Source: a virus
Strand: one strand, 5' to 3'
DNA: 64,000 nt
IMG/VR virus record: IMGVR_UViG_3300022188_000008
Coordinates: 31,306 to 95,305 of that record
The notes beneath the pieces are model-generated. The model worked only from the letters and a program-made list of their open reading frames with translations. It ran no database searches and was not told where the DNA came from. The position numbers and the translations under genes were made by a program. This document shows, one piece after another, positions 48,815 to 56,859 of this stretch (within the stretch, counting starts at the first letter, position 1; every line of letters begins with the position of its first letter).

Positions 48815-50111
48815 AGATAGGATTTTATTAGTGCTTCTATTTGTTATACTAATCTTGGTACATACCCATGTATTGGCTTGGACCAAGAGTGGAGATAAAT
48901 ATTATACGGATGGTAGTCAATCAGATGTCCAATCAGCCATAGACGATTCTTCTGTAGGGGAGATAATTCATGTGCCAGGAGGCACATTCACATGGGATAG
49001 AGTATCTATATCTCATGAAATTGTCTTAGAGGGAGAGGGTGTAAATAGTACCACTATTCTTAACAGTCGTACTATCAGTTGTTCGGCTATGTTGCTGTGT
49101 AGCATTTCTACTGATACATCTAACTCTCTGCGCATAACAGGCTTTACATTTAAACCAGCACCGCCTGGCGGGTATTCACCTACACATATACAGATTAACG
49201 GGGATTCCGAGTTTAGAATTGACCACTGTGAATTTACTGGTGTAGATAATTCAGACGATATATGTAATGCAATAATAATTGTTGGTTACAATACGTATGG
49301 AGTCATAGATAGTAATATCTTCTATGACGCAACCAACGAAGTAATACAAGTCAAGGCTGATAACACCACATGGTCAGAGGATGACAAACTAGGAACAGAT
49401 GAGTTTGTATTTATAGAAGATAATATTTTTGATAGTAGTAGCGTTTCTATAGGCACACACGCAGTTACTTCTATTTATGGAGCCAGAGTATGTTTTCGTT
49501 ATAATACGTTATATGGACTTGACTGTGATGCACATGGCCATGGTTCTGAGGTAGGACATCAAGGAACTAGAGTGGTTGAGTACTACAAAAATAAATTGTA
49601 CACTGACGGTCGATGGACATCTGGAATGGTTATAAGGGGTGGTACTGGTGTTATATGGGGAAATGAGTTTTATGACCAAGGTACAGATCAGGGATGGAAT
49701 GACTGTGTGAAGTTAACTGAATATAGAGTTTCCAGAGATACTCCTAATGATGGTTGTTGCCCAATTGCAAGTGGTGGTGAAGGGTATCCGTGTTACGATC
49801 AAATAGGGCGAGGCAAAAATCAACAGAGTTCACCATTGTACATTTGGGGGAATATGCTGGATAGTGATGGAGATGGAATATTAGATAGCAATGCTAGTGT
49901 TAATGTTAGGACTATAACACCAGATGAATGTAATGCAGAACTTTGCACAGACTATATAAAAACTGTAGCCCACAATGGACAAATATTGCCTGATTATTAC
50001 ATTGATATTCAGAAGCCTGGATATTCACCATACACTTATCCTCACCCCTTAAGAGGATGGTTTAAAGGATTCAAAGGAATGACATTTTCAGGAGGTATCT
50101 CAACGCAATGA
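48798..50111 (+). CDS. Secreted beta-helix (pectate-lyase-like fold) protein
   Basis: Signal ending VLA; DVQSAID...P.GTFTW, RIDHC, DAHG, RGGTG, YTYPHPLR; ends FSGGISTQ. Confidence 0.72.
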   Translation: MLIHHKDRILLVLLFVILILVHTHVLAWTKSGDKYYTDGSQSDVQSAIDDSSVGEIIHVPGGTFTWDRVSISHEIVLEGEGVNSTTILNSRTISCSAMLLCSISTDTSNSLRITGFTFKPAPPGGYSPTHIQINGDSEFRIDHCEFTGVDNSDDICNAIIIVGYNTYGVIDSNIFYDATNEVIQVKADNTTWSEDDKLGTDEFVFIEDNIFDSSSVSIGTHAVTSIYGARVCFRYNTLYGLDCDAHGHGSEVGHQGTRVVEYYKNKLYTDGRWTSGMVIRGGTGVIWGNEFYDQGTDQGWNDCVKLTEYRVSRDTPNDGCCPIASGGEGYPCYDQIGRGKNQQSSPLYIWGNMLDSDGDGILDSNASVNVRTITPDECNAELCTDYIKTVAHNGQILPDYYIDIQKPGYSPYTYPHPLRGWFKGFKGMTFSGGISTQ

Positions 50112-50143
50112 AAAACAACAAGTATATATTTTGGAGGCATTTA

Positions 50144-50734
50144 ATGAAGAAATGGCTAACTTTAACATTGCTTTTGTTCTGCATCCCTGCTCTAGTGTGG
50201 GGATGGGGGACGGTGATTATTAGTGGGAATGCGAGTAGTGAAACTATTTGCAATACATTAGCCCTTAGCTATGAATCATCTGGTGATGATGATTGGACAT
50301 TCGGATACGGTTTTACGGATTGTGTAGCAACAGATTTTACGACCACAAATCAGCTTTCAGTATGTAAAGTAGCTGTTTATATCCGTAAAACTGGAACACT
50401 ATCTGGAAATGTAAGGGTGGGCTTTCAATCTGATGCATCTGGTAGCCCGTCAGGGATATGGTTAGCTGTAAGCGAGTGGGTATCGTGGAGTGATATTGGC
50501 ACTACATACGATTGGGTAAATTTCACTTTTCCTACGAATGTATCTTTATCCGCTTCTACTACTTATTGGTTAGTTATAGATACGGATACGGAGTTAAGTG
50601 CAGACCAAGCCTATTGGTACCGAAACAAAACAAGTGGTCCTGGGAGTAATGCTGTGTGTGGTGAGATAGATTGTGACTGTTCATCTTGGAATACCGCCAG
50701 TGGTAGGACTGCATATTATAGGATTTATGAATAA
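50144..50734 (+). CDS. Secreted beta-sandwich (CBM-like) protein
   Basis: Signal MKKWLTLTLLLFCIPALVWG; D.SG.P, W..F.F...V.L...TTYWLV. Confidence 0.65.
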   Translation: MKKWLTLTLLLFCIPALVWGWGTVIISGNASSETICNTLALSYESSGDDDWTFGYGFTDCVATDFTTTNQLSVCKVAVYIRKTGTLSGNVRVGFQSDASGSPSGIWLAVSEWVSWSDIGTTYDWVNFTFPTNVSLSASTTYWLVIDTDTELSADQAYWYRNKTSGPGSNAVCGEIDCDCSSWNTASGRTAYYRIYE

Positions 50735-50765
50735 AAACTGCATATTATAGGATTTATGAATAAAA
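50708..50765. repeat. Perfect 29-bp tandem duplication
   Basis: ACTGCATATTATAGGATTTATGAATAAAA twice. Confidence 0.95.
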
Positions 50766-52168
50766 TGAGAAACCTTAGAATTTTATTTTTCATTATGACA
50801 TGGATCATTTTTGTGCTCTTACATAGTTTGAGCCTAGCTGCTTGTCACTATGTACGTCCTCCAGGCGGTGATTACGGCAACGAGGACGGAACCGACTGGA
50901 ATAATGCGTATGATGGCTTGCCCACAACACTGGTAAGGGGTGATGTTTACTATGTTGCTGCTGGAGTTTACAATAACGGTTGGTATTTGGACGACCCAGA
51001 ATCCGGAACATCTGTCATAACTATAAAAAAGGCCAATGCTTCTGAGTGTGCAAGCGTTCAAGGTTGGCTGTCTGAATTTGAGACTGGCCAGGTAGTGGTT
51101 TATAATGGCTCTGATACAACCTACGGAGCAGCTATTACAATAACCCGTGGATATTATATTATCGACGGCGTTACGGGAACGGGTACCTCCGGTTATGGCA
51201 TCAAACTCCGATATGCTCACTTAAATCAAGACAATACAGGTATCCTTATCAGGGATAATGCCGTATCAAGTTTGACCGTGAGACATGTTGAGTTTGACAT
51301 GCCAGGAAGTTCTTATAATTACGCCCAGTGGGGAATATATCGTGTATCAGGTTCGTTTTCAAATGCGCATGTCGATCATTGCTACGCACACAATTTTAAT
51401 GTTTTTATGAAAGATGATGGTGGAGGAGGGACAATCATTGAAAACTGCTATTTCAAAAACCAATGGTCATCTTCCAACCATCACGGAGAATTAATTTCTA
51501 TTGTCTGCACAGATGGCCTGATCTTTCGGTACAATATTGTCGAAAATGCTGTAAACGGAACTGGGGGTATAATTGTTTTAGGTGATTATGAAACATACGA
51601 ATGTAGTGTCGATGACGTGGAAATTTATGGAAATGTGTTTTTTGATTGTTCTGGTGGTGGGAATGGAATAATAGGAACGGGAAGTAGTTACTGCTCACTA
51701 GGTGCCAAAAACTGGAAAATTTACAATAACACTATTGTTGATTCAGGTTCAGTGTTTGTTTATTTCCCGATGCGAGAGTGTGCAGCTGGAGGTGAACCTG
51801 CAAGTAATTTTCTTATTAAGAACAATCTGATATTCAATAGCAGCGCCTATATAGATGCGAATTCAGCAACCGTAGACCATAATTATTTCAATTCTGAAAC
51901 AAGTGTGGGACCAGATGGAAAGGGGACAAACCAAGTTAATTCTACCCAAACATCAGCACAAACTTTTGTAGACTATGAGAATGATAGATTTGAGTTAAAG
52001 AGTGGATCTGATGCAATAGATACAGGCGTTGATCTTGGGACACCGTATAATATTGATATACTAAGTGTTTCTCGACCTCAAGGCTCAGCTTGGGACATCG
52101 GGGCTTATGAATATGTATGGGGAAATTTCCTTGGCATTTCATTTTCAGGAGGCATCTCAACACAATAG
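50756..52168 (+). CDS. Secreted right-handed beta-helix protein
   Basis: Signal ending SLA; YVRP.GGDYGNEDGT shared with 45252; RPQGSAWDIGAYEY; ends FSGGISTQ. Confidence 0.75.
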   Translation: MNKMRNLRILFFIMTWIIFVLLHSLSLAACHYVRPPGGDYGNEDGTDWNNAYDGLPTTLVRGDVYYVAAGVYNNGWYLDDPESGTSVITIKKANASECASVQGWLSEFETGQVVVYNGSDTTYGAAITITRGYYIIDGVTGTGTSGYGIKLRYAHLNQDNTGILIRDNAVSSLTVRHVEFDMPGSSYNYAQWGIYRVSGSFSNAHVDHCYAHNFNVFMKDDGGGGTIIENCYFKNQWSSSNHHGELISIVCTDGLIFRYNIVENAVNGTGGIIVLGDYETYECSVDDVEIYGNVFFDCSGGGNGIIGTGSSYCSLGAKNWKIYNNTIVDSGSVFVYFPMRECAAGGEPASNFLIKNNLIFNSSAYIDANSATVDHNYFNSETSVGPDGKGTNQVNSTQTSAQTFVDYENDRFELKSGSDAIDTGVDLGTPYNIDILSVSRPQGSAWDIGAYEYVWGNFLGISFSGGISTQ

Positions 52169-52200
52169 GAAAATAACATACCACACAGAAGGAGGAAACA

Positions 52201-52557
52201 ATGAGAAAGCTAAGTAAGACATTATTAACCATCATGGCTATGGTAGCAATCGCAGTGGCCTGCACAACTACCAATACAGGATACAGGTTCGATTGGGATA
52301 AGCTACCTCCCAAGACACGGGCTACGCTGGCGATGGACATCTACAACCAGGAATATCAGAACTATAAGCTCCAAGCCTTAGCCCCAGACCTGACAAATCA
52401 TGAAAGGGATGTTCTGAGGAAGAAGAAGGAGGCACTTATCCAACTACACGATGTTATCCAGCTTTATAACGGGTACATCATGAAGGGAGAGGTTCCACCG
52501 GACTTACTGGAAAAGAAACTGGTAGAAGCGTTGAATGCAATCTTAGATGCAGTATAG
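52201..52557 (+). CDS. Lipoprotein
   Basis: MRKLSKTLLTIMAMVAIAVAC lipobox-like signal; helical body. Confidence 0.7.
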   Translation: MRKLSKTLLTIMAMVAIAVACTTTNTGYRFDWDKLPPKTRATLAMDIYNQEYQNYKLQALAPDLTNHERDVLRKKKEALIQLHDVIQLYNGYIMKGEVPPDLLEKKLVEALNAILDAV

Positions 52558-52566
52558 GAGGACAAC

Positions 52567-52737
52567 ATGGACGACACAACAAGAAGCCTGGTAGAAGAAT
52601 TGACCAAATTAGTGATATATGGCGCTGTTTCCTATTTGAGAATCGCAGGAAAGAGTGATGAGGAGATAGACCAGCTTTTCAATGAAGCGCTGGAGAAGTT
52701 TAGGGCGAACAAACCAGAGGATTTGCCGAATGTGTAA
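52567..52737 (+). CDS. Small protein (56 aa, not in ORF track)
   Basis: MDDTTRSLVEELTKLVIYGAVSYLRIAGKSDEEIDQLF...PEDLPNV; AGGAGG RBS. Confidence 0.6.
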   Translation: MDDTTRSLVEELTKLVIYGAVSYLRIAGKSDEEIDQLFNEALEKFRANKPEDLPNV

Positions 52738-52779
52738 GCAGCGGAAAAGATATAAACCACGAATCGCAAGGAGGGTAAA

Positions 52780-52944
52780 ATGACACAAGTTGGGAGTTGT
52801 CCTAAATGTGGTGCACCAATTTATGCTCCATCTGTATGGCATGGGATTACTCCACCACCGCCAATGTTTACTTGCGGTTGCAACTCTGTAATTAATACTG
52901 TTGTAACTAGCAATACGTATACAGTTCGGGTAGAAGATAAATAG
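52780..52944 (+). CDS. Small Zn-binding protein (54 aa, not in ORF track)
   Basis: GSCPKCGAPIY...PPPP..TCGC; AGGAGG RBS. Confidence 0.6.
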   Translation: MTQVGSCPKCGAPIYAPSVWHGITPPPPMFTCGCNSVINTVVTSNTYTVRVEDK

Positions 52945-53034
52945 ATGTGGGTTTAGTCAGCGAGCATTCTATAGTACTATTTAATGTAAGTGATTTTTTT
53001 GAACGTGATGGGTTGCTATCAACTAAATTAAAAA

Positions 53035-53442
53035 ATGTTATATCATGGAACAAAAGTTTTTCCTAATGAAGTTTTAATTACTGGTTTAAAGCCAATTGAC
53101 GTGGAGCAAACCATAAATAATGTAATAGAGAAATATGCTTTTTGTGGCCAACTAAAATGTAAATTTAAGAAGAGAATTTCTGAATATGTCCAAGCAAAGT
53201 TAAAGCATTTACACGTCTATCTGACGGATGATTTTAACATGGCTATTAGTTATGCAAAGTATGGTAGTAATTTCATAGGCCTCCTTGAAATAGAGGCTTG
53301 TGATTTGCTTGGTAAAACTTGGAAACCAAATAAAATCGGATATGTATATTTTGTAAATTTGCAAGGAAAGGATGAAGTGAAAGTACCTTATGTCCATCCT
53401 AGATTAATCACTGGGTGGGTAAAGATTGATTTTTCTGCATAG
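53035..53442 (+). CDS. ADP-ribosyltransferase-fold protein (H-Y type, Tpt1/KptA- or Arr-like)
   Basis: LYHGT...GL.P...VYLT....A.SYA...G.VY.V...VHP..I. Confidence 0.65.
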   Translation: MLYHGTKVFPNEVLITGLKPIDVEQTINNVIEKYAFCGQLKCKFKKRISEYVQAKLKHLHVYLTDDFNMAISYAKYGSNFIGLLEIEACDLLGKTWKPNKIGYVYFVNLQGKDEVKVPYVHPRLITGWVKIDFSA

Positions 53443-53454
53443 TATAAGGTAGAA

Positions 53455-53521
53455 GCGGGTTCGGTCAGCGAGCATCCCCAACCAACGGGATGAGCAGGGG
53501 CAGTTCCTGCAACCCGCTCCA
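53455..53521 (+). ncRNA. D-armless tRNA-like RNA ending in CCA
   Basis: GCGGGTT/AACCCGC acceptor stem plus TCCA; GCAGG-GGCAGTT-CCTGC T-arm; CATCCC-8nt-GGGATG arm. Confidence 0.65.
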
Positions 53522-53532
53522 AGGGGAGTACC

Positions 53533-53808
53533 ATGAGAAAGTTTAGAAAGAAACCGGTTGTTATAGAAGCAGAACAATGGTTTAAAATTGGTGATGTTAA
53601 AGCCGCTGGAATAATCCCGTGGACTGTGAATTGCGATAATATATGCCTAAAATGTGGCAAACCATTAAAACACCACGGATTATGTCCAACATTGGAAGGA
53701 AATCATATAGTTTGTCCAGGAGATTGGATAATTAAAGGTGTGGCTGGGGAATTTTATCCCTGTAAACCTGATATTTTTGAAGAAACGTATGAGGAATGGA
53801 CTGGCTAG
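53533..53808 (+). CDS. Conserved phage protein (KKPVVIEA.Q...TLEG...GDWII.G..GEFYPCKPDIF..TY family) with a CxxC insert
   Basis: Motif recognised; function unknown. Confidence 0.75.
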   Translation: MRKFRKKPVVIEAEQWFKIGDVKAAGIIPWTVNCDNICLKCGKPLKHHGLCPTLEGNHIVCPGDWIIKGVAGEFYPCKPDIFEETYEEWTG

Positions 53809-53884
53809 ACCCTAGTGGTCGGGAATCCCCATCAGTGGAAGCAAAAGGCCGGCGTCCCGTGGGTTTGCAACCACTGGCCAGTCC
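53798..53884 (+). ncRNA. Cloverleaf-like structured RNA
   Basis: GGACTGGC/GCCAGTCC closing stem enclosing GACC/GGTC, GGGA/TCCC and GTGG/CCAC arms. Confidence 0.5.
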
Positions 53885-53914
53885 TAATCAAGGAGTGAGA
53901 GCAGTTCTATAGAT

Positions 53915-54142
53915 ATGCAACAAGCAGCAATAAAACCCAGAGCACAAAGGCGATACAACAGACAGCGACTGATGAAGCGATTAGCTAGGGAAATCACTTG
54001 GTATTCGCCAAGCGAGAAGGAACTAAGCATCCTAGTGAACAGCAGGCCAAGGTGTTCTTGTTGGATGTGCGGGAATCCAAGAAGACACTTTGGTCAGAGG
54101 ACGGTGCAGGAGAGAAAGCAATATGGCAGCAACACCAGATGA
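53915..54142 (+). CDS. Small basic protein with CSCxxCGNPRR motif
   Basis: CSCWMCGNPRRHFGQRTVQERK. Confidence 0.65.
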   Translation: MQQAAIKPRAQRRYNRQRLMKRLAREITWYSPSEKELSILVNSRPRCSCWMCGNPRRHFGQRTVQERKQYGSNTR

Positions 54143-54305
54143 GAGCATGAATGTAATAGCCTATACCACTACGACACGTCATGGAGATATTTGGGAAGAA
54201 CCTAAAATTATGCAATATCCCAACACAAAACCAATTGTTAAAGTTAAAAGTAAAAGGATGCGACGTAGAGTGGTAATTAGCAAGATAAAAAGGAGAACAA
54301 GATGA
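54123..54305 (+). CDS. Small basic hypothetical protein
   Basis: ORF track 54090..54305; GGAGA RBS near the ATG at about 54123. Confidence 0.4.
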   Translation: MAATPDESMNVIAYTTTTRHGDIWEEPKIMQYPNTKPIVKVKSKRMRRRVVISKIKRRTR

Positions 54306-54466
54306 AAAACGTAGGCATAGCAACATGTGACCAATGCGGGCAGGAGAAAGAGTGCATTCAGATCAGCATCTTGGTGGAGAGCTTCTTCTTCACCAAAACG
54401 AAGACATACAACCTTTGCGAAACATGCCTCTCGAAAGCGCTGAGGATGTGTAAGAGGGAGCAATGA
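54302..54466 (+). CDS. Small Zn-finger protein (54 aa, not in ORF track)
   Basis: CDQCG...LCETCL.KAL; AGGAG RBS; ATGA overlaps on both sides. Confidence 0.6.
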   Translation: MKNVGIATCDQCGQEKECIQISILVESFFFTKTKTYNLCETCLSKALRMCKREQ

Positions 54467-54819
54467 AACTGATCGTTGAAGAGTGGAACGACAACACTGG
54501 GTTTGAGTATCGAGGGAGTATCCCCAATCCTCAATTTGATGCTCAAGTGTGGTTGGATAACGAGCTTTCAATAATAGTTAGGGCACTGTTCGAAGGGGAG
54601 GTAGTTGCAGCACTCCAGTTCAACAATTCTTTTGACCACGGTGATGAAATATTGGTTTATGGCCGACTTGTGAAGCCGAAACCAATTTATGAAACATATG
54701 CCAGGTGGAGAATTGCAAAGATGAAACAACCAACTTCCAAGACACAAATTAAGAGTCACTCTTTCTTTAAAGGGGAGCATTTTCTTTTTAGGATAATAAG
54801 ATGGTTTGCAAGGAACTGA
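54463..54819 (+). CDS. Hypothetical protein
   Basis: ORF coupled to the previous gene. Confidence 0.5.
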   Translation: MKLIVEEWNDNTGFEYRGSIPNPQFDAQVWLDNELSIIVRALFEGEVVAALQFNNSFDHGDEILVYGRLVKPKPIYETYARWRIAKMKQPTSKTQIKSHSFFKGEHFLFRIIRWFARN

Positions 54820-55349
54820 AGACAACAAACTTTGAACGGCTAAAACCTAAGATGACAACAGGCATGTGTATCCTTTGGAGGGGGAACTTCCTTATCTCGG
54901 AGGTAATACGACAGTGGACTGAATACAGTCATGTATCCTTAATTGTCAGATTCAATAGATACCCCCTACTCAAGGATAAGGTCTTCCTCATTGAGGCGTA
55001 TGAGCACGGCTTGGAGTTCAACGATTTGGAAGAGAGACTTGAGGAAGAGCCAGGGAGGGTTGACCTCTTCGTTCCGTATGACCTCGACAAGTGGAAAGCA
55101 CTGACCATCTTCAAGAACGCATTCCTCTTCTTGGCACACAATACTGGCTACGATTATGCAGGACTCTTCAAGAGTGCATTTACTCACCCAGATAGAGACC
55201 CAACCAGGTTCTTCTGCTCGGAGTTCGTGGATTATATCTGGATAACCAATGGGTTGAAACGCAAAGTCAACAACACATTGGCGGCCTGGCCTGGAGACAT
55301 TCCTAAGTGGTGGGATGGGCAGCTTTATACGATTAAGGAGGATGGATGA
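54801..55349 (+). CDS. Permuted papain-like NlpC/P60 (YaeF/YiiX-like) enzyme
   Basis: YSHV, LIEA, GYDY, FFCSEFV; His precedes the catalytic Cys. Confidence 0.8.
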   Translation: MVCKELKTTNFERLKPKMTTGMCILWRGNFLISEVIRQWTEYSHVSLIVRFNRYPLLKDKVFLIEAYEHGLEFNDLEERLEEEPGRVDLFVPYDLDKWKALTIFKNAFLFLAHNTGYDYAGLFKSAFTHPDRDPTRFFCSEFVDYIWITNGLKRKVNNTLAAWPGDIPKWWDGQLYTIKEDG

Positions 55350-55561
55350 AAACATATTTATTTGATGACAAAAGGTCAATTTGGCACGCAGTACTTGGCT
55401 TTTTTGTTGGTGTATTTCCGTGGTATTTAGCTGTACCTGTAGTATTGGGATATACCGTATATGAGGTAAGGGAACCGGAAGACCCAACAGCCACCGTGGG
55501 CGATATGGTTGAATTTGTCGTTGGGTTCATAATCGGCATCATCATACGTATAGGAGGATAA
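55346..55561 (+). CDS. Small membrane protein
   Basis: H...GF, YE..E, GD..EF..G with hydrophobic segments. Confidence 0.6.
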   Translation: MKTYLFDDKRSIWHAVLGFFVGVFPWYLAVPVVLGYTVYEVREPEDPTATVGDMVEFVVGFIIGIIIRIGG

Positions 55562-55562
55562 G

Positions 55563-55784
55563 ATGGAAACAACCAAAGAAATCATTGCTGGCATTGTAGA
55601 AACTACCAAAGAAGTCATCATTGGGGTTAATGAAACCCTGAAGAATGACAAGTTTCTTGGCTTCTTGGCAGTTGTTATCCTTGCGTTTGTGGTCAAGGAT
55701 GCTTCACCAGAATCAATGGAATGGTACAAGATGGCCTTGAGTGGGCTGTTTGGTGCGATCGTGGGGCACTCAATGAAGAGGTAG
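55563..55784 (+). CDS. Holin-like two-TM protein
   Basis: Two hydrophobic segments; N-terminal ETTKE(I/V)I duplication. Confidence 0.5.
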   Translation: METTKEIIAGIVETTKEVIIGVNETLKNDKFLGFLAVVILAFVVKDASPESMEWYKMALSGLFGAIVGHSMKR

Positions 55785-55787
55785 GAA

Positions 55788-56102
55788 ATGACGGATTGGA
55801 TAGTCACCGGAGCACTCGGGATTATTTCGCTTTTCATTACAATCGCAACCCTTCTCAAGCGAACATTTGTCTTCAAGGAGGAATGCAGGAATATGAGACA
55901 AGCCACAGAAGCACTACACACAAAGGATCTGAAATTAAGAGACCAAATGATAGAGATGTTAGAGCGGAAGTTTGAAGAGTTTCGCAAGGACATCAAGGCA
56001 GAAATGACAGCTACCAGGGATGAGTTACGGGAAGAGATGAACGGAGTCAAAGGCATTCTTCAAACAATCCTAGCAAAGGTAGACGGCAAGGGGTCATTAT
56101 GA
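55788..56102 (+). CDS. Single-TM coiled-coil protein (holin or lysis accessory)
   Basis: N-terminal TM plus coiled coil, just before the endolysin. Confidence 0.55.
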   Translation: MTDWIVTGALGIISLFITIATLLKRTFVFKEECRNMRQATEALHTKDLKLRDQMIEMLERKFEEFRKDIKAEMTATRDELREEMNGVKGILQTILAKVDGKGSL

Positions 56103-56722
56103 ACCAGACAGAGAAACATCACGTCAGGAACACCACCCAAGGGCTGAAGATGGTGTGTCGGAAGCTCACCAAGGCTAGAAACAAGCACCAAGAGTCGGCA
56201 AAGGAAATAAACGATGCCATCTCAGATATTGAGTTTTTTGCAAGGAGGCTAGAGAATAGCATGAAGGGACGGGCACAAGAAAAACACATTGCAGTTTTCA
56301 ACCGGTACAGCGATCTTGAGTTGCTAACCATGCTGCTAATCGGAGAAGCGGAGGGAGAACCCTGGGAGAGCAAGGTGGGGGTTGGACTCACGGTCAGGAA
56401 CAGGGTCTTGACGAGAAAGAAGTACTTTGGCTTGGGATGGCGGGGCGTTATGTTGGCGACAACGTCTAGCGGGGCACCGCAGTTCTCTTGCTTTGCATCG
56501 AAATCTAGAATTAAGTCTATGATTACTCACTGGAAGAAACAAGATGTACTTTGGCAAGAACATCAAGGTATTGCGCTAAACGTATACTTGGGGCTGTTTA
56601 GGGATTTTGTTGGTAATCCTCTTTACTATCATGCAGTTGGATTTAAGCCCCGTGGTTGGTGGTTGAAATTAAAGAAATTAGGTAGGTTTGGAAATCATAT
56701 TTTTTATACAGAAAAGTCTTGA
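56099..56722 (+). CDS. SleB/Hydrolase_2-family cell wall hydrolase (endolysin)
   Basis: GEAEGE...V.NRV, QFSCF, YYHA, P..W, G.HIFY. Confidence 0.85.
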   Translation: MNQTEKHHVRNTTQGLKMVCRKLTKARNKHQESAKEINDAISDIEFFARRLENSMKGRAQEKHIAVFNRYSDLELLTMLLIGEAEGEPWESKVGVGLTVRNRVLTRKKYFGLGWRGVMLATTSSGAPQFSCFASKSRIKSMITHWKKQDVLWQEHQGIALNVYLGLFRDFVGNPLYYHAVGFKPRGWWLKLKKLGRFGNHIFYTEKS

Positions 56723-56859
56723 TTTTTATAAATTAATATGTTAAGCAATCATCGAAGTAATAAATAAGGAAGGAATAGCAATTATGAGTGAAGGAATGAC
56801 AAGTTATATAAACGACAATAACTCAGATAAACTGAGTTTTTGTGCTATTCCTTCTTACA

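Noticed and set aside
44731-52557. Diversity-generating retroelement acting on fibre genes
   Set aside because: No reverse transcriptase in the window, and no ~100-nt TR/VR pair differing only at adenines; the shared ends are short and differ at non-A positions too.
53455-53521. Canonical tRNA or tmRNA
   Set aside because: No D-arm, an 8-nt anticodon-like loop, no TTC T-loop, no G3-U70 pair and no tag ORF; kept only as tRNA-like.
53798-53884. HDV-like/theta ribozyme (contains GGCCGGC)
   Set aside because: The nested double-pseudoknot order could not be built; there is no P1.1 GG or J4/2 after the closing stem.
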